DNA of 35,830 nucleotides from an uncultured Chroococcidiopsis sp. (GTDB taxonomy: Bacteria; Cyanobacteriota; Cyanobacteriia; Cyanobacteriales; Chroococcidiopsidaceae): assembly GCA_964248365.1 (NCBI GenBank), contig CAXTYC010000043.1:1-35830 (forward strand). The letters are read 5' to 3'. The position numbers and the translations under genes were made by a program. Below the pieces are notes generated by a model. That model was not told the origin of the DNA. It saw only the letters and a list, made by a program, of their open reading frames with translations, and did not search any database. Shown here piece by piece: positions 18,015 through 29,006 of this stretch; position 1 is the stretch's first letter, and each line of letters opens with the position of its first letter.

Positions 18015-18172
18015 GCTGATGCTTGCTGTATTTTGTTGTTTGTATTCTGGATAGAAAAGCTGCGAGCGCAGATCTTATTTGCTAGATCTCAATCTAACTA
18101 AGATACAGCAAGCAGCACTTGTGTCAAGTGAACGCACTCCATCTTTGTAGCTAGTCTGTGGAGTTGTGAATG
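18015..18172 (+). promoter_or_regulatory. Candidate structured intergenic RNA upstream of wzc
   Basis: 12-bp perfect stem TGCTTGCTGTAT (18020-31) / ATACAGCAAGCA (18103-14), then hairpins CACTTG-TGT-CAAGTG and ACTCCA...TGGAGT. Confidence 0.4.
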
Positions 18173-18251
18173 CTATTGCTCAGGTGTTGACGTAACTAAT
18201 TGAAGGAATTGGAAATTGTATTTTTTCGCGCAATTCAAAAGTTTATAAGTG

Positions 18252-20414
18252 ATGGCACAAAGCATATCTTCCATACCATCAATCTTTTGGCGGCATCGTT
18301 TGCCTGCTATAGCTACCTTTGTTTCCGTCATTTGCGGATCGCTTGCCTATCTTGCCACTACACCACCCAAGTATGAGGCGACAATGCGAGTCATGCTTAA
18401 TGACAAGCAGTTAAGCGTTTCGGATATTGGTCGGGATCTTGCCAGACCAACTGAAGTCGGGCAAACCAACCCAATTGCTACGCAAGCAGAACTAGCTCGC
18501 TCCCAAAGAGTCTTAGAGCAAGCTCTGACTCAACTTTCCTTGAAGGGGATGAAGGATTTACCTACAACCGGAACAGTCAAAAGCGATTTGAAAGTCAGCA
18601 CTGTTCCCGCAACTAATATATTGCAAATGAGCTATAAAAGTCAAAATCCTTTATTGACTTCTAGCGTGCTTAATGCAGTTGCAGAGGCGATGGTTAAGGA
18701 AAATGCCGAATCAATCCGCTCTCAAGCCAGTTCGCTGCGAGAATTCCTAGAAAAAGAGTTGCCAGGGCAACGATCGCAACTTGCCTCTGTTGAAGCCGCG
18801 ATCGCGCAATACAAACGCGAGCAAGGTATTGTCTCTACCACAGACTCAGAAGGTAATGATAGCGCTCAAACGCAAAGTTTAGTGAAAAACTTGGCAGATT
18901 TAGATCAACAAGAGCTTGCTTTGTCTTCCCAGCTCCAAGATGCAAAGGTGCGTAACAATTCGCTGCGGCGAACGACAAATGCTGACACGATCGAGAACGC
19001 ATACGCAATCGTGCGCGCTGGACAAGATAAAGACCTGGAGCAATTACGTGCTAAATTAGCAGATCTGGAGTCGCAAGTAGCTGTCAATCGTAAACGTCTT
19101 ACAGATAACAATCCATCTCTAATCAAGCTGATCCAACAGCGGGATGCTACCCGTAACTTATACATTCAAAAGCTATCTAGACTATTACCTAAGAATGCTC
19201 AAACCAATCCTACTAAAATAGCATCCGACTCTATAAGCCAAGATCTTGCTACAAAACTCATCCTTGGCGAGATTGAAAGTTCGGGACTCGAAGTTAGGCT
19301 AGCCAAAGTACGCAGCGCTAAAGCTAACTTGCAGGATCGCCTTAATCAACTGCCAGCTAAGGAACTGCAACTTGCCGCCTTGACACGTCAGCGCGGGGAG
19401 ATTGCCTCTTCTGTTGAGTCGCTGCAAAAAAAACTGGAAGAAGCGCGGATTGCTGAAGTTCAGTTATCGAGCAATATCAGCATCATTGACACAGCTTCGG
19501 CACCCACAGCACCCAATTGGCCTAATAGAAAAGTTGTGTTGTTAATAGCTAATGTGGCTGGTATTATTTTGGCGCTCGGCGTTGTGCTGCTTCTAGAAAT
19601 ACTAAATGGCACACTGCGTAATGCCACTGAAGTTGAAAAGCTGGTGAAGCTACCCGTCCTTGGCGTGTTACCTATCCTGCCCACTACGAAGCTAAATATC
19701 AAGAACTCTGAACTGTTTTTGACTTATCCTGGTTTAGTTGAGCCGTATCGTAAACTTCTCAAGGCAATACAATTTCGCACTACTAAGGACTTGCGGGTAG
19801 TCGTTGTCAGTAGCACTTTGTCTGGGGAGGGAAAGTCAGTAGTTGCTTCACACCTTGCTGCCGTGTCTGCAATGTCCTCTTGTCATACTTTGCTCGTCGA
19901 TACAGACTTGCGTTACCCTACGCAGCACAAAATATTCAACTTAGAAGCTCAGCCAGGGCTTACGGATGTCATTGATGGTCGTGTTACCCTAGCTCAAGCG
20001 GTACAGCAGACAAGCAGTAAGTATCTGTGGGTGCTTAGCTGTGGTGAACTACGCGCACGTCCCTCACAGTTTTCAGATTCAGCCCGTATGCGTACTTTGC
20101 TGACAGAAGCTGCTGCCCATTATGATTTAGTTATTGTAGATACTCCGCCAGTCACAAGCAGTGTTGATGCGATCGCTTTAAGCCAAAACAGCGACGGTAT
20201 GCTCTTGGTTGCACGTCCAGACTTTACGCAAAAGGACACGCTGCTACGAGCAGTTTCAGATTTGACCGAAAACCAAGTACATATCTTAGGAGTTGCTGTA
20301 AATGGGATGAATTCGCAAACTGAGAAATACTACCGCTATGCCGTTGAGGGTTACCAATCTCTAGAAAAGCACCGAAACTATTTTCAAAGACTATTTAAAA
20401 ATGTTGACAAGTAA
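18252..20414 (+). CDS. wzc: Polysaccharide co-polymerase / BY-kinase (Wzc/GumC family)
   Basis: Two TM helices flank a coiled-coil region. Walker A SGEGKS, A' LLVDTDLR, B VIVDTPP and a Tyr-rich tail KYYRY...Y. Confidence 0.92.
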   Translation: MAQSISSIPSIFWRHRLPAIATFVSVICGSLAYLATTPPKYEATMRVMLNDKQLSVSDIGRDLARPTEVGQTNPIATQAELARSQRVLEQALTQLSLKGMKDLPTTGTVKSDLKVSTVPATNILQMSYKSQNPLLTSSVLNAVAEAMVKENAESIRSQASSLREFLEKELPGQRSQLASVEAAIAQYKREQGIVSTTDSEGNDSAQTQSLVKNLADLDQQELALSSQLQDAKVRNNSLRRTTNADTIENAYAIVRAGQDKDLEQLRAKLADLESQVAVNRKRLTDNNPSLIKLIQQRDATRNLYIQKLSRLLPKNAQTNPTKIASDSISQDLATKLILGEIESSGLEVRLAKVRSAKANLQDRLNQLPAKELQLAALTRQRGEIASSVESLQKKLEEARIAEVQLSSNISIIDTASAPTAPNWPNRKVVLLIANVAGIILALGVVLLLEILNGTLRNATEVEKLVKLPVLGVLPILPTTKLNIKNSELFLTYPGLVEPYRKLLKAIQFRTTKDLRVVVVSSTLSGEGKSVVASHLAAVSAMSSCHTLLVDTDLRYPTQHKIFNLEAQPGLTDVIDGRVTLAQAVQQTSSKYLWVLSCGELRARPSQFSDSARMRTLLTEAAAHYDLVIVDTPPVTSSVDAIALSQNSDGMLLVARPDFTQKDTLLRAVSDLTENQVHILGVAVNGMNSQTEKYYRYAVEGYQSLEKHRNYFQRLFKNVDK

Positions 20415-21858
20415 CCCTTGGCTGCCTACCTCACGTTTGGCGTTCAGGGTCACTAGCGGAGGTGTGGTAGTTGGTTTAGTAGCAGGATTTCTCGCAGGCG
20501 CTCAACCACTTTACCTGTTCCTAGCTATAGGTAGTGTCATAGCGGTTGTCTGTTTTTTTGCTTACTTTAAACAAACAGTACTAGGTTTGTTAATTCTACG
20601 CAGTTCTCTTGATATTTTTTCTGCTCAGCAATTACCAGCTGCATTTGCGATTGGGGTTGACGCTCTGACTTTGCTCTATGTGATTGTACTATTGCTGACG
20701 CGCCGGAGTGTGCAGACCGATGGTTTTTGGTGGTTCTTTGCTGGTTGGACTGCCCTGCAAGGATTGTGGGTCATCCTCCTGCCTCTGGGCGGACTAGGAA
20801 TGGATGGTTCATATTTGCCCAATAGCCTGCGCGAGTGGATTCGCCTATTTTCCTGGTTGATGGCATACTTGCTGGTGATGCAACTGAAGGACACTATTCC
20901 TGCCCAGAAAGTTATTTCCTGGCTGTTTTTGGGACTGGTTTTTCCCCTGAGCGTAGCTGCATTGCAGTTGTTTGCACCGTCTATTTTGCCGCCGATCTTA
21001 ACGGGTGCTTCATCAGAAGAAATGGCAAGTCCAGTAGAGGAATTGTCTCGTATTCACGGAACATTAGGCTTAGCAAATACCTTTGCAGCCTTTTTGGTGT
21101 TGTTTATTTTGCTGACCTGGTGGAAGTTAAGACAAGTTAAATGGCGTTTTCCCTGGATAATTCTGCTTGGTTCACTGGTTTTTTTCTTGGTTAATACAAA
21201 ATCTCTTTTCAGCTTGCTCATGATTGGGATTGCCATTTTCGTGACGATCGCGCCCCGACTGAGTTTGGTGAATCTCCTGGGAGGAGTTGTACTGATCGCA
21301 ACCGTCATTGGTCTGTTTGCAAGTTCAGATATAGGACAAGAACGGTTGGCATCAATTGACGATACTCCGTTACTCAATCCGAATATGGACGTTTCACGAG
21401 CAGTTCTGCTGTCTAAGACAGATAACAATAGCTTCAATTGGCGGCTTGCCCAGTGGACTTACTTGCTACAAGCATGGCAACAGTATCCGATCTTGGGATA
21501 CGGGCTGCTAACCTCCTCTAAATTAACAGTATTACACAACTACGCCCATAACGAATATGTACGGGCAATAGTAGAAGGTGGAATTGTTGGACTAATTGCC
21601 TTTTTGGTCTTTTTAGGAGTACAGATAGGGCATCTACTTCAGTTATTTCACAAAGCGCCTCGTGGAAGTGCTAAACGGGATTTTTGTTTGACTCTATTGG
21701 CGATGCTTCTTGCCATGATGGTCGGCATGATTACAGAAAATATTTGGACTCACACCACACTTTTCTTTTACTGGTGGACACTCTTTGCAGTTGCTGGTTG
21801 GGACTGGGATGAGTCACAAACATCTGAAAATTTTATATTGCCTAATTCCCCATATTAA
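20401..21858 (+). CDS. O-antigen ligase/Wzy-family polymerase
   Basis: Multi-TM protein with RIHGT...AN, NSFNWR, P.LGYG and AHNEY...E.G.VG; overlaps the wzc 3' end. Confidence 0.88.
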   Translation: MLTSNPWLPTSRLAFRVTSGGVVVGLVAGFLAGAQPLYLFLAIGSVIAVVCFFAYFKQTVLGLLILRSSLDIFSAQQLPAAFAIGVDALTLLYVIVLLLTRRSVQTDGFWWFFAGWTALQGLWVILLPLGGLGMDGSYLPNSLREWIRLFSWLMAYLLVMQLKDTIPAQKVISWLFLGLVFPLSVAALQLFAPSILPPILTGASSEEMASPVEELSRIHGTLGLANTFAAFLVLFILLTWWKLRQVKWRFPWIILLGSLVFFLVNTKSLFSLLMIGIAIFVTIAPRLSLVNLLGGVVLIATVIGLFASSDIGQERLASIDDTPLLNPNMDVSRAVLLSKTDNNSFNWRLAQWTYLLQAWQQYPILGYGLLTSSKLTVLHNYAHNEYVRAIVEGGIVGLIAFLVFLGVQIGHLLQLFHKAPRGSAKRDFCLTLLAMLLAMMVGMITENIWTHTTLFFYWWTLFAVAGWDWDESQTSENFILPNSPY

Positions 21859-21897
21859 CTGATGAATTGGAGCATTAAAACTACTGGAGTTAATACT

Positions 21898-22860
21898 ATG
21901 CCAAAGGTTTCCGTCGTCATTCCTGTTTATAACGCAATGACCTATTTGTCAGACACGCTAAATAGCGTGCTACAGCAAACATTCAGCGACTTTGAAGTGC
22001 TGATTATTGATGACGGTAGTACTGACAATATTCAAGCGTGGGTTGCTCAGAACATTACAGACCCACGAGTAAGATTAATCCCTCAAGCAAATCAAGGATT
22101 ATCGGCAGCACGTAACACTGGTATCGCTAATGCCCAAGGTGAATACGTAGCGTTCTTGGATGCGGATGACCTATGGAAACCAACTAAGCTGGAGGTGCAG
22201 GTACATTACCTAGATAACAATGCGGCAGTAGGTTTAGTATACAACTGGATTGCCGTGATTGATGCCGAAGGAAAACCTACTGGCAGAGTTTGGCGCGGCG
22301 ATATTGAAGGCGATGTATTGGAGGAAGTACTCCAGCGTAACATTATCGATTGTCCTTCTGTGCTGGTTCGCCGCAAGTGTTTCTTGGACGTAGGTGTGTT
22401 TGATCGCACCCTACGCTCAGTTGAAGATTGGGATATGTGGATTCGCATCGCTACCCGTTATCATTTTGCTGTCACTAGGGAGGCGCTGGTTTACTACCGT
22501 CAGCATTCGAGCAATATGTCGAAAAACTGGCGGGTAATGGAACAAGCTTTTCATCAGGTGATTGAAAAGTCTTTTGAGTCTATTTCACCAAAGTTGCTTT
22601 CCTTGAAAAACAACAGCTTGGGTTATGCCAACCTCTGTCTGGCGTGGAAAGCATTGCAAAGCAAGGATAGGGATTATCAATTAGCTAGCCTCTTTCAGCA
22701 ACAAGCAATTGCCCACTATCCTAAAGTGCGCTACTCGCGTGAAAACTTTCGTCTGACGTTGGCGATCACCTTTTTGCGCTGCCTGGGAGCTAATTACTAC
22801 AGCAGATTGCTGTTTGTCGCCTATGCCTTGCGAAGGCGTATATCTGGGATCGCTCCTTGA
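21898..22860 (+). CDS. Glycosyltransferase family 2
   Basis: MPKVSVVIPVYN, IIDDGSTD, NQGLSAARN, FLDADD and EDWD. Confidence 0.93.
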   Translation: MPKVSVVIPVYNAMTYLSDTLNSVLQQTFSDFEVLIIDDGSTDNIQAWVAQNITDPRVRLIPQANQGLSAARNTGIANAQGEYVAFLDADDLWKPTKLEVQVHYLDNNAAVGLVYNWIAVIDAEGKPTGRVWRGDIEGDVLEEVLQRNIIDCPSVLVRRKCFLDVGVFDRTLRSVEDWDMWIRIATRYHFAVTREALVYYRQHSSNMSKNWRVMEQAFHQVIEKSFESISPKLLSLKNNSLGYANLCLAWKALQSKDRDYQLASLFQQQAIAHYPKVRYSRENFRLTLAITFLRCLGANYYSRLLFVAYALRRRISGIAP

Positions 22861-24293
22861 TCGTGTCAAACCAACCCTCGTGTGTAACTTATCCCATGTT
22901 GGATTACCAGACAACAACTGACTTAGGCAAGCAGCCAGAATTACTGATTGACAATTCCGGCAATGAACCTAAAATTGCTCTTTTGCACTGTTATGACTTG
23001 ATTGATGACTTCTTAAACAGCATCGATCTCTCCTTTGAAACCTTCTGTAAGGAGTTTGTAGGTAGTTGGATGTTCGGTTATATCAATGCCCTCAAAAAGG
23101 TTGGAGTTCGTACTGTCCTGTTTTGTGTTTCAACTCATGTAATTGAGCCAGAGCGCTACCAACACATACCTACAGGTGCTACAATCTGCGTTCTCCCTGC
23201 AAATGGGATCTATCGCACCTTTCGGGCAATTCGCAACAGGGCGCTTCGTGCCTATGACGCAGAAGAGGGACAGACATTTAAAGATATTCTGGACTCCAAC
23301 GATACTCGCTACTCCCTGCTTACTAAACTAAAGGATATTGTCAAAAGTGCAGGAAGCTACTTTTCAACGCCACTTGGCTTGCTAGCTCACGAGCTAAGAC
23401 AACAAGGTTGTCAGGCGATTTTATGCCAAGAATATGAATTTGCCCGCTTTGATGCTTGCGTTTTGCTGGGAAAGCGGATAGGTATACCTGTATTTGCAAC
23501 GTTTCAAGGAGGAAATCAAACCCAAAGTTTCTTAGAATACCCATTGCGACATCTAGCTTTCCGTTTTTGTGAAGGTGCGATTATTGCAACCGAGACAGAA
23601 ATTGAGCGAGTTCGTAAGGATTACAAGCTACCAGATGCTAAAATTGCCCGTATTTTCAATCCGATTGATATTACTGTTTGGCAGAAATGCGATCGCACTT
23701 GTGCCAGAGAATCGCTCGGCATTTCGCTAGATACCCGTGTTGTAGTGTGGCACGGACGAGTTGAAATCGAGCGCAAGGGACTGGATATTCTCTTAGATGC
23801 ATGGGAGCAAGTGTGTTGCGATCGTCCCAATCAAGATCTACGATTACTCTTGATCGGCACGGGTAGCGATGCCACCAAATTGCATCATCGTCTCACGGCA
23901 AAACCATTGCCTGGAGTGATCTGGATTGACGAATTTATTAATGATCGCACTCGTGTGCAGCAATATCTTTCTGCTGCCAATGTTTACGTGATGTCATCTC
24001 GCCTGGAGGGTTTTCCAGTCGCCCCCATTGAAGCAATGGCGTGTAGTTTACCAATTGTAGCAACCGACGCGCCTGGAATTCCCGACATTTTGGAACATGG
24101 CGAAGCAGATGGTGGCTTGATTGTTCCTTGCAATGATGCTTCAGCTTTGGCAGGGGCGATCGGCAGAGTTCTCGACCATCCAGAAGAGACACAAGAACTC
24201 GGTAGACGGGCGCGGTTAAGAGTTGAGCAACAGTTTGCGTCCGAAGCCGTTGGTCAACAACTGCGCGATTTTTTGATCCCATCGCCAGACTAA
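22857..24293 (+). CDS. Glycosyltransferase family 4 (paralogue 1 of 3)
   Basis: WHGRVEIERKGLD and SRLEGFPVAPIEAMAC. Start is either TTG 22857 (coupled) or ATG 22896. Confidence 0.92.
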   Translation: MIVSNQPSCVTYPMLDYQTTTDLGKQPELLIDNSGNEPKIALLHCYDLIDDFLNSIDLSFETFCKEFVGSWMFGYINALKKVGVRTVLFCVSTHVIEPERYQHIPTGATICVLPANGIYRTFRAIRNRALRAYDAEEGQTFKDILDSNDTRYSLLTKLKDIVKSAGSYFSTPLGLLAHELRQQGCQAILCQEYEFARFDACVLLGKRIGIPVFATFQGGNQTQSFLEYPLRHLAFRFCEGAIIATETEIERVRKDYKLPDAKIARIFNPIDITVWQKCDRTCARESLGISLDTRVVVWHGRVEIERKGLDILLDAWEQVCCDRPNQDLRLLLIGTGSDATKLHHRLTAKPLPGVIWIDEFINDRTRVQQYLSAANVYVMSSRLEGFPVAPIEAMACSLPIVATDAPGIPDILEHGEADGGLIVPCNDASALAGAIGRVLDHPEETQELGRRARLRVEQQFASEAVGQQLRDFLIPSPD

Positions 24294-24403
24294 CAGCATT
24301 TATCCCGCATCTGGTAAAACTACATATTTTTATTAGCTTGCGAAAATTCTAAATTGAAATTCTACAACGACTCAAACCCACACATTCCCTCAGAAGGTGC
24401 GAT

Positions 24404-25363
24404 ATGTCAAAAGTGACTGTAGTTATTCCTGCTTACAATGCCATGACATATTTGCCAGAAACACTCGACAGTGTATTGAAGCAAACTTTTGTTGACTTTG
24501 AAGTTCTGATTGTCAATGATGGCAGTAGCGATCGCATTGTTTCGTGGGCATCAGAAATTACCGATTCACGAGTCAAGCTGATTTCTCAGGAAAACCAAGG
24601 CTTATCCGCAGCACGTAATACTGGCATTGTTCACGCTCAAGGAGAATACGTTGCATTTCTTGACGCTGACGATTTGTGGGAACCAACCAAGCTAGAAAAA
24701 CAGGTTCATTGTTTGGACTCAAAACCTGAAGTAGGTTTGGTATATACCTGGACACTTTTAGTAGATCAACAAGGTAGATCTACAGGTACAGTGACTGCTT
24801 CCCATACAGAAGGAAATGTATGGGAAAAGCTGTTACTTGGCGATATTATAGGCAGCGGCAGTTCAGCGATGATACGTCGGATTTGCTTTGAAACTGTTGG
24901 TCTTTTTGATACAGAATTATCCAGCATAGAAGATTGTGATATGTGGGTTCGTATTGCAGCTTGCTACCCCCTGGCAGTGATTAAAGAAGTATTAGTTTAT
25001 TACCGACAACATTTTACAAATATGTCTAGAGATTACAACAAAATGATGCAAAATTCGCGGTTAAAGATTGAGAGAAAATTTCAAAATGTTCCTTTTGAAT
25101 TGCTATATTTACGACCACGAGCTTATGGTCATGCATTCCTATGGTTGGCATGGAAAATCATATTCGATGGAGGAGATCCTGAGAAAGCGAGGTACTTTTC
25201 CCAACAAGCGATTTTACACTATCCTCAAATGAAATACTCTGCTAAGTTCTTACGTTTGCAGTTTGTGCTGATATTAGTCCGCTTATTTGGATCTAATAGT
25301 TATACACAGTTGATAAATTTGAGACACAAACTGCGTGGAGGTGTTTTTCAATATCACCAATAA
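24404..25363 (+). CDS. Glycosyltransferase family 2
   Basis: VTVVIPAYN, NDGSSD, ARN and FLDADD. Confidence 0.93.
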   Translation: MSKVTVVIPAYNAMTYLPETLDSVLKQTFVDFEVLIVNDGSSDRIVSWASEITDSRVKLISQENQGLSAARNTGIVHAQGEYVAFLDADDLWEPTKLEKQVHCLDSKPEVGLVYTWTLLVDQQGRSTGTVTASHTEGNVWEKLLLGDIIGSGSSAMIRRICFETVGLFDTELSSIEDCDMWVRIAACYPLAVIKEVLVYYRQHFTNMSRDYNKMMQNSRLKIERKFQNVPFELLYLRPRAYGHAFLWLAWKIIFDGGDPEKARYFSQQAILHYPQMKYSAKFLRLQFVLILVRLFGSNSYTQLINLRHKLRGGVFQYHQ

Positions 25364-25450
25364 TTACTGTATTGCTAGTATCTATTAGTTCGTCCGCTTT
25401 TTAAATCGTGCGATCGCTCAAACAGACCATACAGCAAAAGGAACCCAATA

Positions 25451-26419
25451 ATGCCAAAAGTGACTGTGGTTATTCCTGCCTACAACGCTATGGCATACTT
25501 GCCTCAAACCTTAGACAGTGTCCTCAAACAAACATTTTCTGATTTTGAAGTACTCATTATTAACGATGGCAGTACAGATAACATCATGCAATGGGCTTCT
25601 GAAATCACTGATTCCCGTATCAAGCTCATTTCTCAGCTAAATCAAGGAGTTTCTGTAGCTCGCAATACCGGAATTGAAAATGCTCAAGGTGAATATATTG
25701 TATTTTTAGATGCAGATGATTTGTGGGAACCAACCAAATTAGAAAAGCAAGTTTGTTGCCTTGATAATAAACCAGAAGTCGGGCTGGTTTATACGTGGAC
25801 ACTCCTGGTTGATGAAAATGGAAAACCGACAGGTGTTAGATATAACTCTGAGCTTGAGGGAGATGTTTGGCAGCAAATCCTGGTTGGGGATATCGTATGT
25901 AGCGGTAGTTCGGCAATGGTTCGTCGAAGTTGTTTTGAAGTGGTGGGAGTGTTTGATCCTGATTTATCTTCAGCCGCAGACTTCGATATGTGGACTCGGA
26001 TTGCAGCGCACTATCCCTTTACTGTAATCAAAGAGTATTTGCTTTACTATCGCCAGTCCTCTACTAGTATGTCCAAAAATCATCTCAAGATGATGCAAGA
26101 TTTGCGGATCACATTTGAAAAGCGGTTTCAATCAGTTCCCTTGGAGTTGCTTTATCTCAGGAACGTTGCCTATGCTGGTATGTACCGCACGCTAGCCTGG
26201 AAAAGTATGTATGACGGACAGTATGAGGAGGCAAACGCTTATTGTAAACAAGCAATCCTCCACTTTCCTCGCATACGCTACACCAAAATTGTTGTCCAGC
26301 TACAATTGGCAATTGTGCTGACACGCTGGTTCGGTTCTAATGCCTATCTAAAGCTAAAAAACCTGAGCCGCAAACTGCGAGGTGATAGTAATACATCGGA
26401 GTTTTCGCTCTCTTCTTAA
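25451..26419 (+). CDS. Glycosyltransferase family 2
   Basis: VTVVIPAYN, NDGSTD, ARN and FLDADD. Confidence 0.93.
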   Translation: MPKVTVVIPAYNAMAYLPQTLDSVLKQTFSDFEVLIINDGSTDNIMQWASEITDSRIKLISQLNQGVSVARNTGIENAQGEYIVFLDADDLWEPTKLEKQVCCLDNKPEVGLVYTWTLLVDENGKPTGVRYNSELEGDVWQQILVGDIVCSGSSAMVRRSCFEVVGVFDPDLSSAADFDMWTRIAAHYPFTVIKEYLLYYRQSSTSMSKNHLKMMQDLRITFEKRFQSVPLELLYLRNVAYAGMYRTLAWKSMYDGQYEEANAYCKQAILHFPRIRYTKIVVQLQLAIVLTRWFGSNAYLKLKNLSRKLRGDSNTSEFSLSS

Positions 26420-26482
26420 ACCTTAATGATTAGATTTTGGATTTGTGGACTCAGCCTTTTCGACATTGATTTAACCATAGCT

Positions 26483-27439
26483 ATGCCACAAGTAACTGTC
26501 ATTATACCTGCTTACAATGCAATGAACTATTTATCGGAAACGGTGAGTAGTGTGCTAAAGCAAACCTTTACTGATTTTGAAGTGTTAATCATCAATGATG
26601 GCAGTACAGATTCCATAGTGACTTGGGCATCAGAAATTATTGATCCGCGAGTTCATCTGATTTCTCAGGAAAACCAGGGATTACCAGGAGCGAGAAATAC
26701 AGGCATTAGGTATGCACAAGGGGAATACATTGCTTTGCTGGATGCGGATGATCTGTGGGAACCCACTAAGTTAGAAAAGCAAGTTCAATGCTTTCAACAA
26801 AATCCAGATGTTGGCGTAGTTTATACATGGACACTCTTAATCAATGAATATGGCAAACCGACAGGCAGAATCTTTGCGTCACAAGCACAAGGCAATGTTT
26901 GGAAAGAACTTTTGGAAACGGATGTGATTTCTAATGGTAGTTGTGCCATTGTTCGACGAGAGTGTTTTGAGACGGTTGGTGTGTTTGATCGCACCCTTAC
27001 TTCGGCAGAAGATTTAGATATGTGGTTGCGTATTGCTGCCCACTACTCGTTTGCAGTCATCAAAGAACCCCTAACGCTTTATCGACAATATTCCAGCAGT
27101 ATGTCTAAGAACCGTCAGCGAATGTTTCAAAACCTGAGAACAGTTATTGAAAAGGCATTTCAAACGGCTCCTTTGGAGATGCTGTATTTTAGAAATCGAG
27201 CGTATGCTAGTATCACGCTTAACCAGGCATGGTGGTCTGTAGATGAAGGTGATTGCGAAACGGGCAGATTCTGGCAGCAGCAAGCGCATTTGCACTATCC
27301 ACAGATTCAATATTCTGAAAAATACATTCGTTTGAGTATTGCAATTTTCCTGATTCAATTGTTTGGTCGGCATGGTTATGACGGTGTTAGGAATTGGACT
27401 CGTTCTATCTATCGAATGGTGTTGAATAGAGGCACGTAA
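26483..27439 (+). CDS. Glycosyltransferase family 2
   Basis: MPQVTVIIPAYN (ATG 26483 matches paralogue starts), NDGSTD, LLDADD and EDLD. Confidence 0.93.
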   Translation: MPQVTVIIPAYNAMNYLSETVSSVLKQTFTDFEVLIINDGSTDSIVTWASEIIDPRVHLISQENQGLPGARNTGIRYAQGEYIALLDADDLWEPTKLEKQVQCFQQNPDVGVVYTWTLLINEYGKPTGRIFASQAQGNVWKELLETDVISNGSCAIVRRECFETVGVFDRTLTSAEDLDMWLRIAAHYSFAVIKEPLTLYRQYSSSMSKNRQRMFQNLRTVIEKAFQTAPLEMLYFRNRAYASITLNQAWWSVDEGDCETGRFWQQQAHLHYPQIQYSEKYIRLSIAIFLIQLFGRHGYDGVRNWTRSIYRMVLNRGT

Positions 27440-27542
27440 CACAGCAGTTGCACAACGCTTCGCATAACACTTTGTTTCCCTGGCTCTAAATTTACCCATT
27501 ACTATTTCCCGTTACTATATCTGCTAAAAATAGTCAAGCTGT

Positions 27543-28925
27543 ATGAATGATCAAGTTGCTCAATTAATTGATGCTAATGAGTCCCCATTTACTCACCAAC
27601 CGATGAAAGAACCAGCAGTTGCTTTCCTACTCGCTGCTGACTTAGTTGAGGACTTTTTGGACAGTATCAATGTGTCTCTAGAAACTTTTTGCAGCCAGAT
27701 GACAGGTGGTTGGCTATTTGGGTATTTTGAAGCGCTGAAAACTGCCCAAGTACGCAGTGTTTTATTTTGTATGTCAACCCGTGTCAGCGAAGTTTTGCGT
27801 GTTACTCATCGCCCTACAGGAGCAACCATTTGTTTTCTACCAGCTCCAAAAGTTTACCAAACCTATCGCAAAATCCGTACTGTCCGCCGTCGCGCTTTAA
27901 ACTTAGAAGGAGAATTTTCTGCCTCAAGTGCGCCGCAATCTCCAAGCCGTCGCTTCACCTTGCTGAAAAACTCAGTTAGTACACTTGGAACCTATTTATC
28001 AACACCATTAGGATCGCTGGCGCAGGGACTCCGACGCGAAGGATGTCAGGCAATCCTATGTCAAGAGTATGAGTACGGGCGCTTTGACACTTGTGTACTC
28101 TTGGGAAGATTGCTCAATATTCCTGTGTTCGCTACGTTTCAGGGACGTACTTGGGTACAGGGTGGCATTATTGAGTATCTAGTTCGTCCTTTGGCTTTAA
28201 GAGCTTGTAAGGGGCTGATCATTAGTAGTCAGGCAGAAATAAAGCGAGTACAAGCAGATTATGCTGTGCAAGGTAGCAAGATTGCCCGTGTTTTCAGCCC
28301 CGTAGATATCTCGTCCTGGGGCGTTCCCGATCGCAACAAAACCCGCACCCAACTGGGTATTTCCGCAAAGGCAAAAGTCGTGATTTGGCATGGGCGAGTT
28401 GAGATTGACAAAAAAGGACTCGACATTTTACTGGCTGCATGGGAACTGATCTGTGGCGATCGCCCCGATCAAGATCTACGCCTGTTACTAGTTGGAACAG
28501 GTAGCGATGCTGAAGAATTTCAGCAGCGCCTCGCGTCTATGCCACTATCAAACATTCTTTGGCGCAACGAGTATATTCAGGATCGCACTTTATTACGGCA
28601 ATACCTTGCAGTCGCCGATGTTTATGTATTGCCTTCCCGATGGGAAGGATTTCCTGTTGCGCCTATTGAAGCAATGGCTTGTGGACTGCCTGTTGTTGCG
28701 GCTGATGCTCAGGGAGTCGCTGATATTTTCGAGAATGGGGAAGCCGATGGCGGATTAGTGGTTCCCAGAGAAAATCCGCAAGCCTTAGCAGCAGCGCTAG
28801 GTCAAATTTTGGATAACCAAAATCTAGCTGAGGAATTGGGTAAACGGGCATATCATCGTGTCGAAGCCCATTTTTCACTCAATGCGATCGGGCAGCAACT
28901 ACGCAGCTTTCTACTCAACCAGTAG
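27543..28925 (+). CDS. Glycosyltransferase family 4 (paralogue 2 of 3)
   Basis: WHGRVEIDKKGLD and SRWEGFPVAPIEAMAC. Confidence 0.92.
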   Translation: MNDQVAQLIDANESPFTHQPMKEPAVAFLLAADLVEDFLDSINVSLETFCSQMTGGWLFGYFEALKTAQVRSVLFCMSTRVSEVLRVTHRPTGATICFLPAPKVYQTYRKIRTVRRRALNLEGEFSASSAPQSPSRRFTLLKNSVSTLGTYLSTPLGSLAQGLRREGCQAILCQEYEYGRFDTCVLLGRLLNIPVFATFQGRTWVQGGIIEYLVRPLALRACKGLIISSQAEIKRVQADYAVQGSKIARVFSPVDISSWGVPDRNKTRTQLGISAKAKVVIWHGRVEIDKKGLDILLAAWELICGDRPDQDLRLLLVGTGSDAEEFQQRLASMPLSNILWRNEYIQDRTLLRQYLAVADVYVLPSRWEGFPVAPIEAMACGLPVVAADAQGVADIFENGEADGGLVVPRENPQALAAALGQILDNQNLAEELGKRAYHRVEAHFSLNAIGQQLRSFLLNQ

Positions 28926-28972
28926 CCACCCATGCCCACCATATATTAGAAAGAGTGGGCATGGGTGGCTAC
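28922..28972. repeat. REP-like GTAG...CTAC inverted repeat (18-bp perfect arms); probable terminator/stabiliser
   Basis: GTAGCCACCCATGCCCAC-N15-GTGGGCATGGGTGGCTAC followed by TTT; includes the GT4 stop codon. Confidence 0.8.
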
Positions 28973-29006
28973 TTTCTATATCTAATCCAAAATAGTCCAG
29001 TTAATA

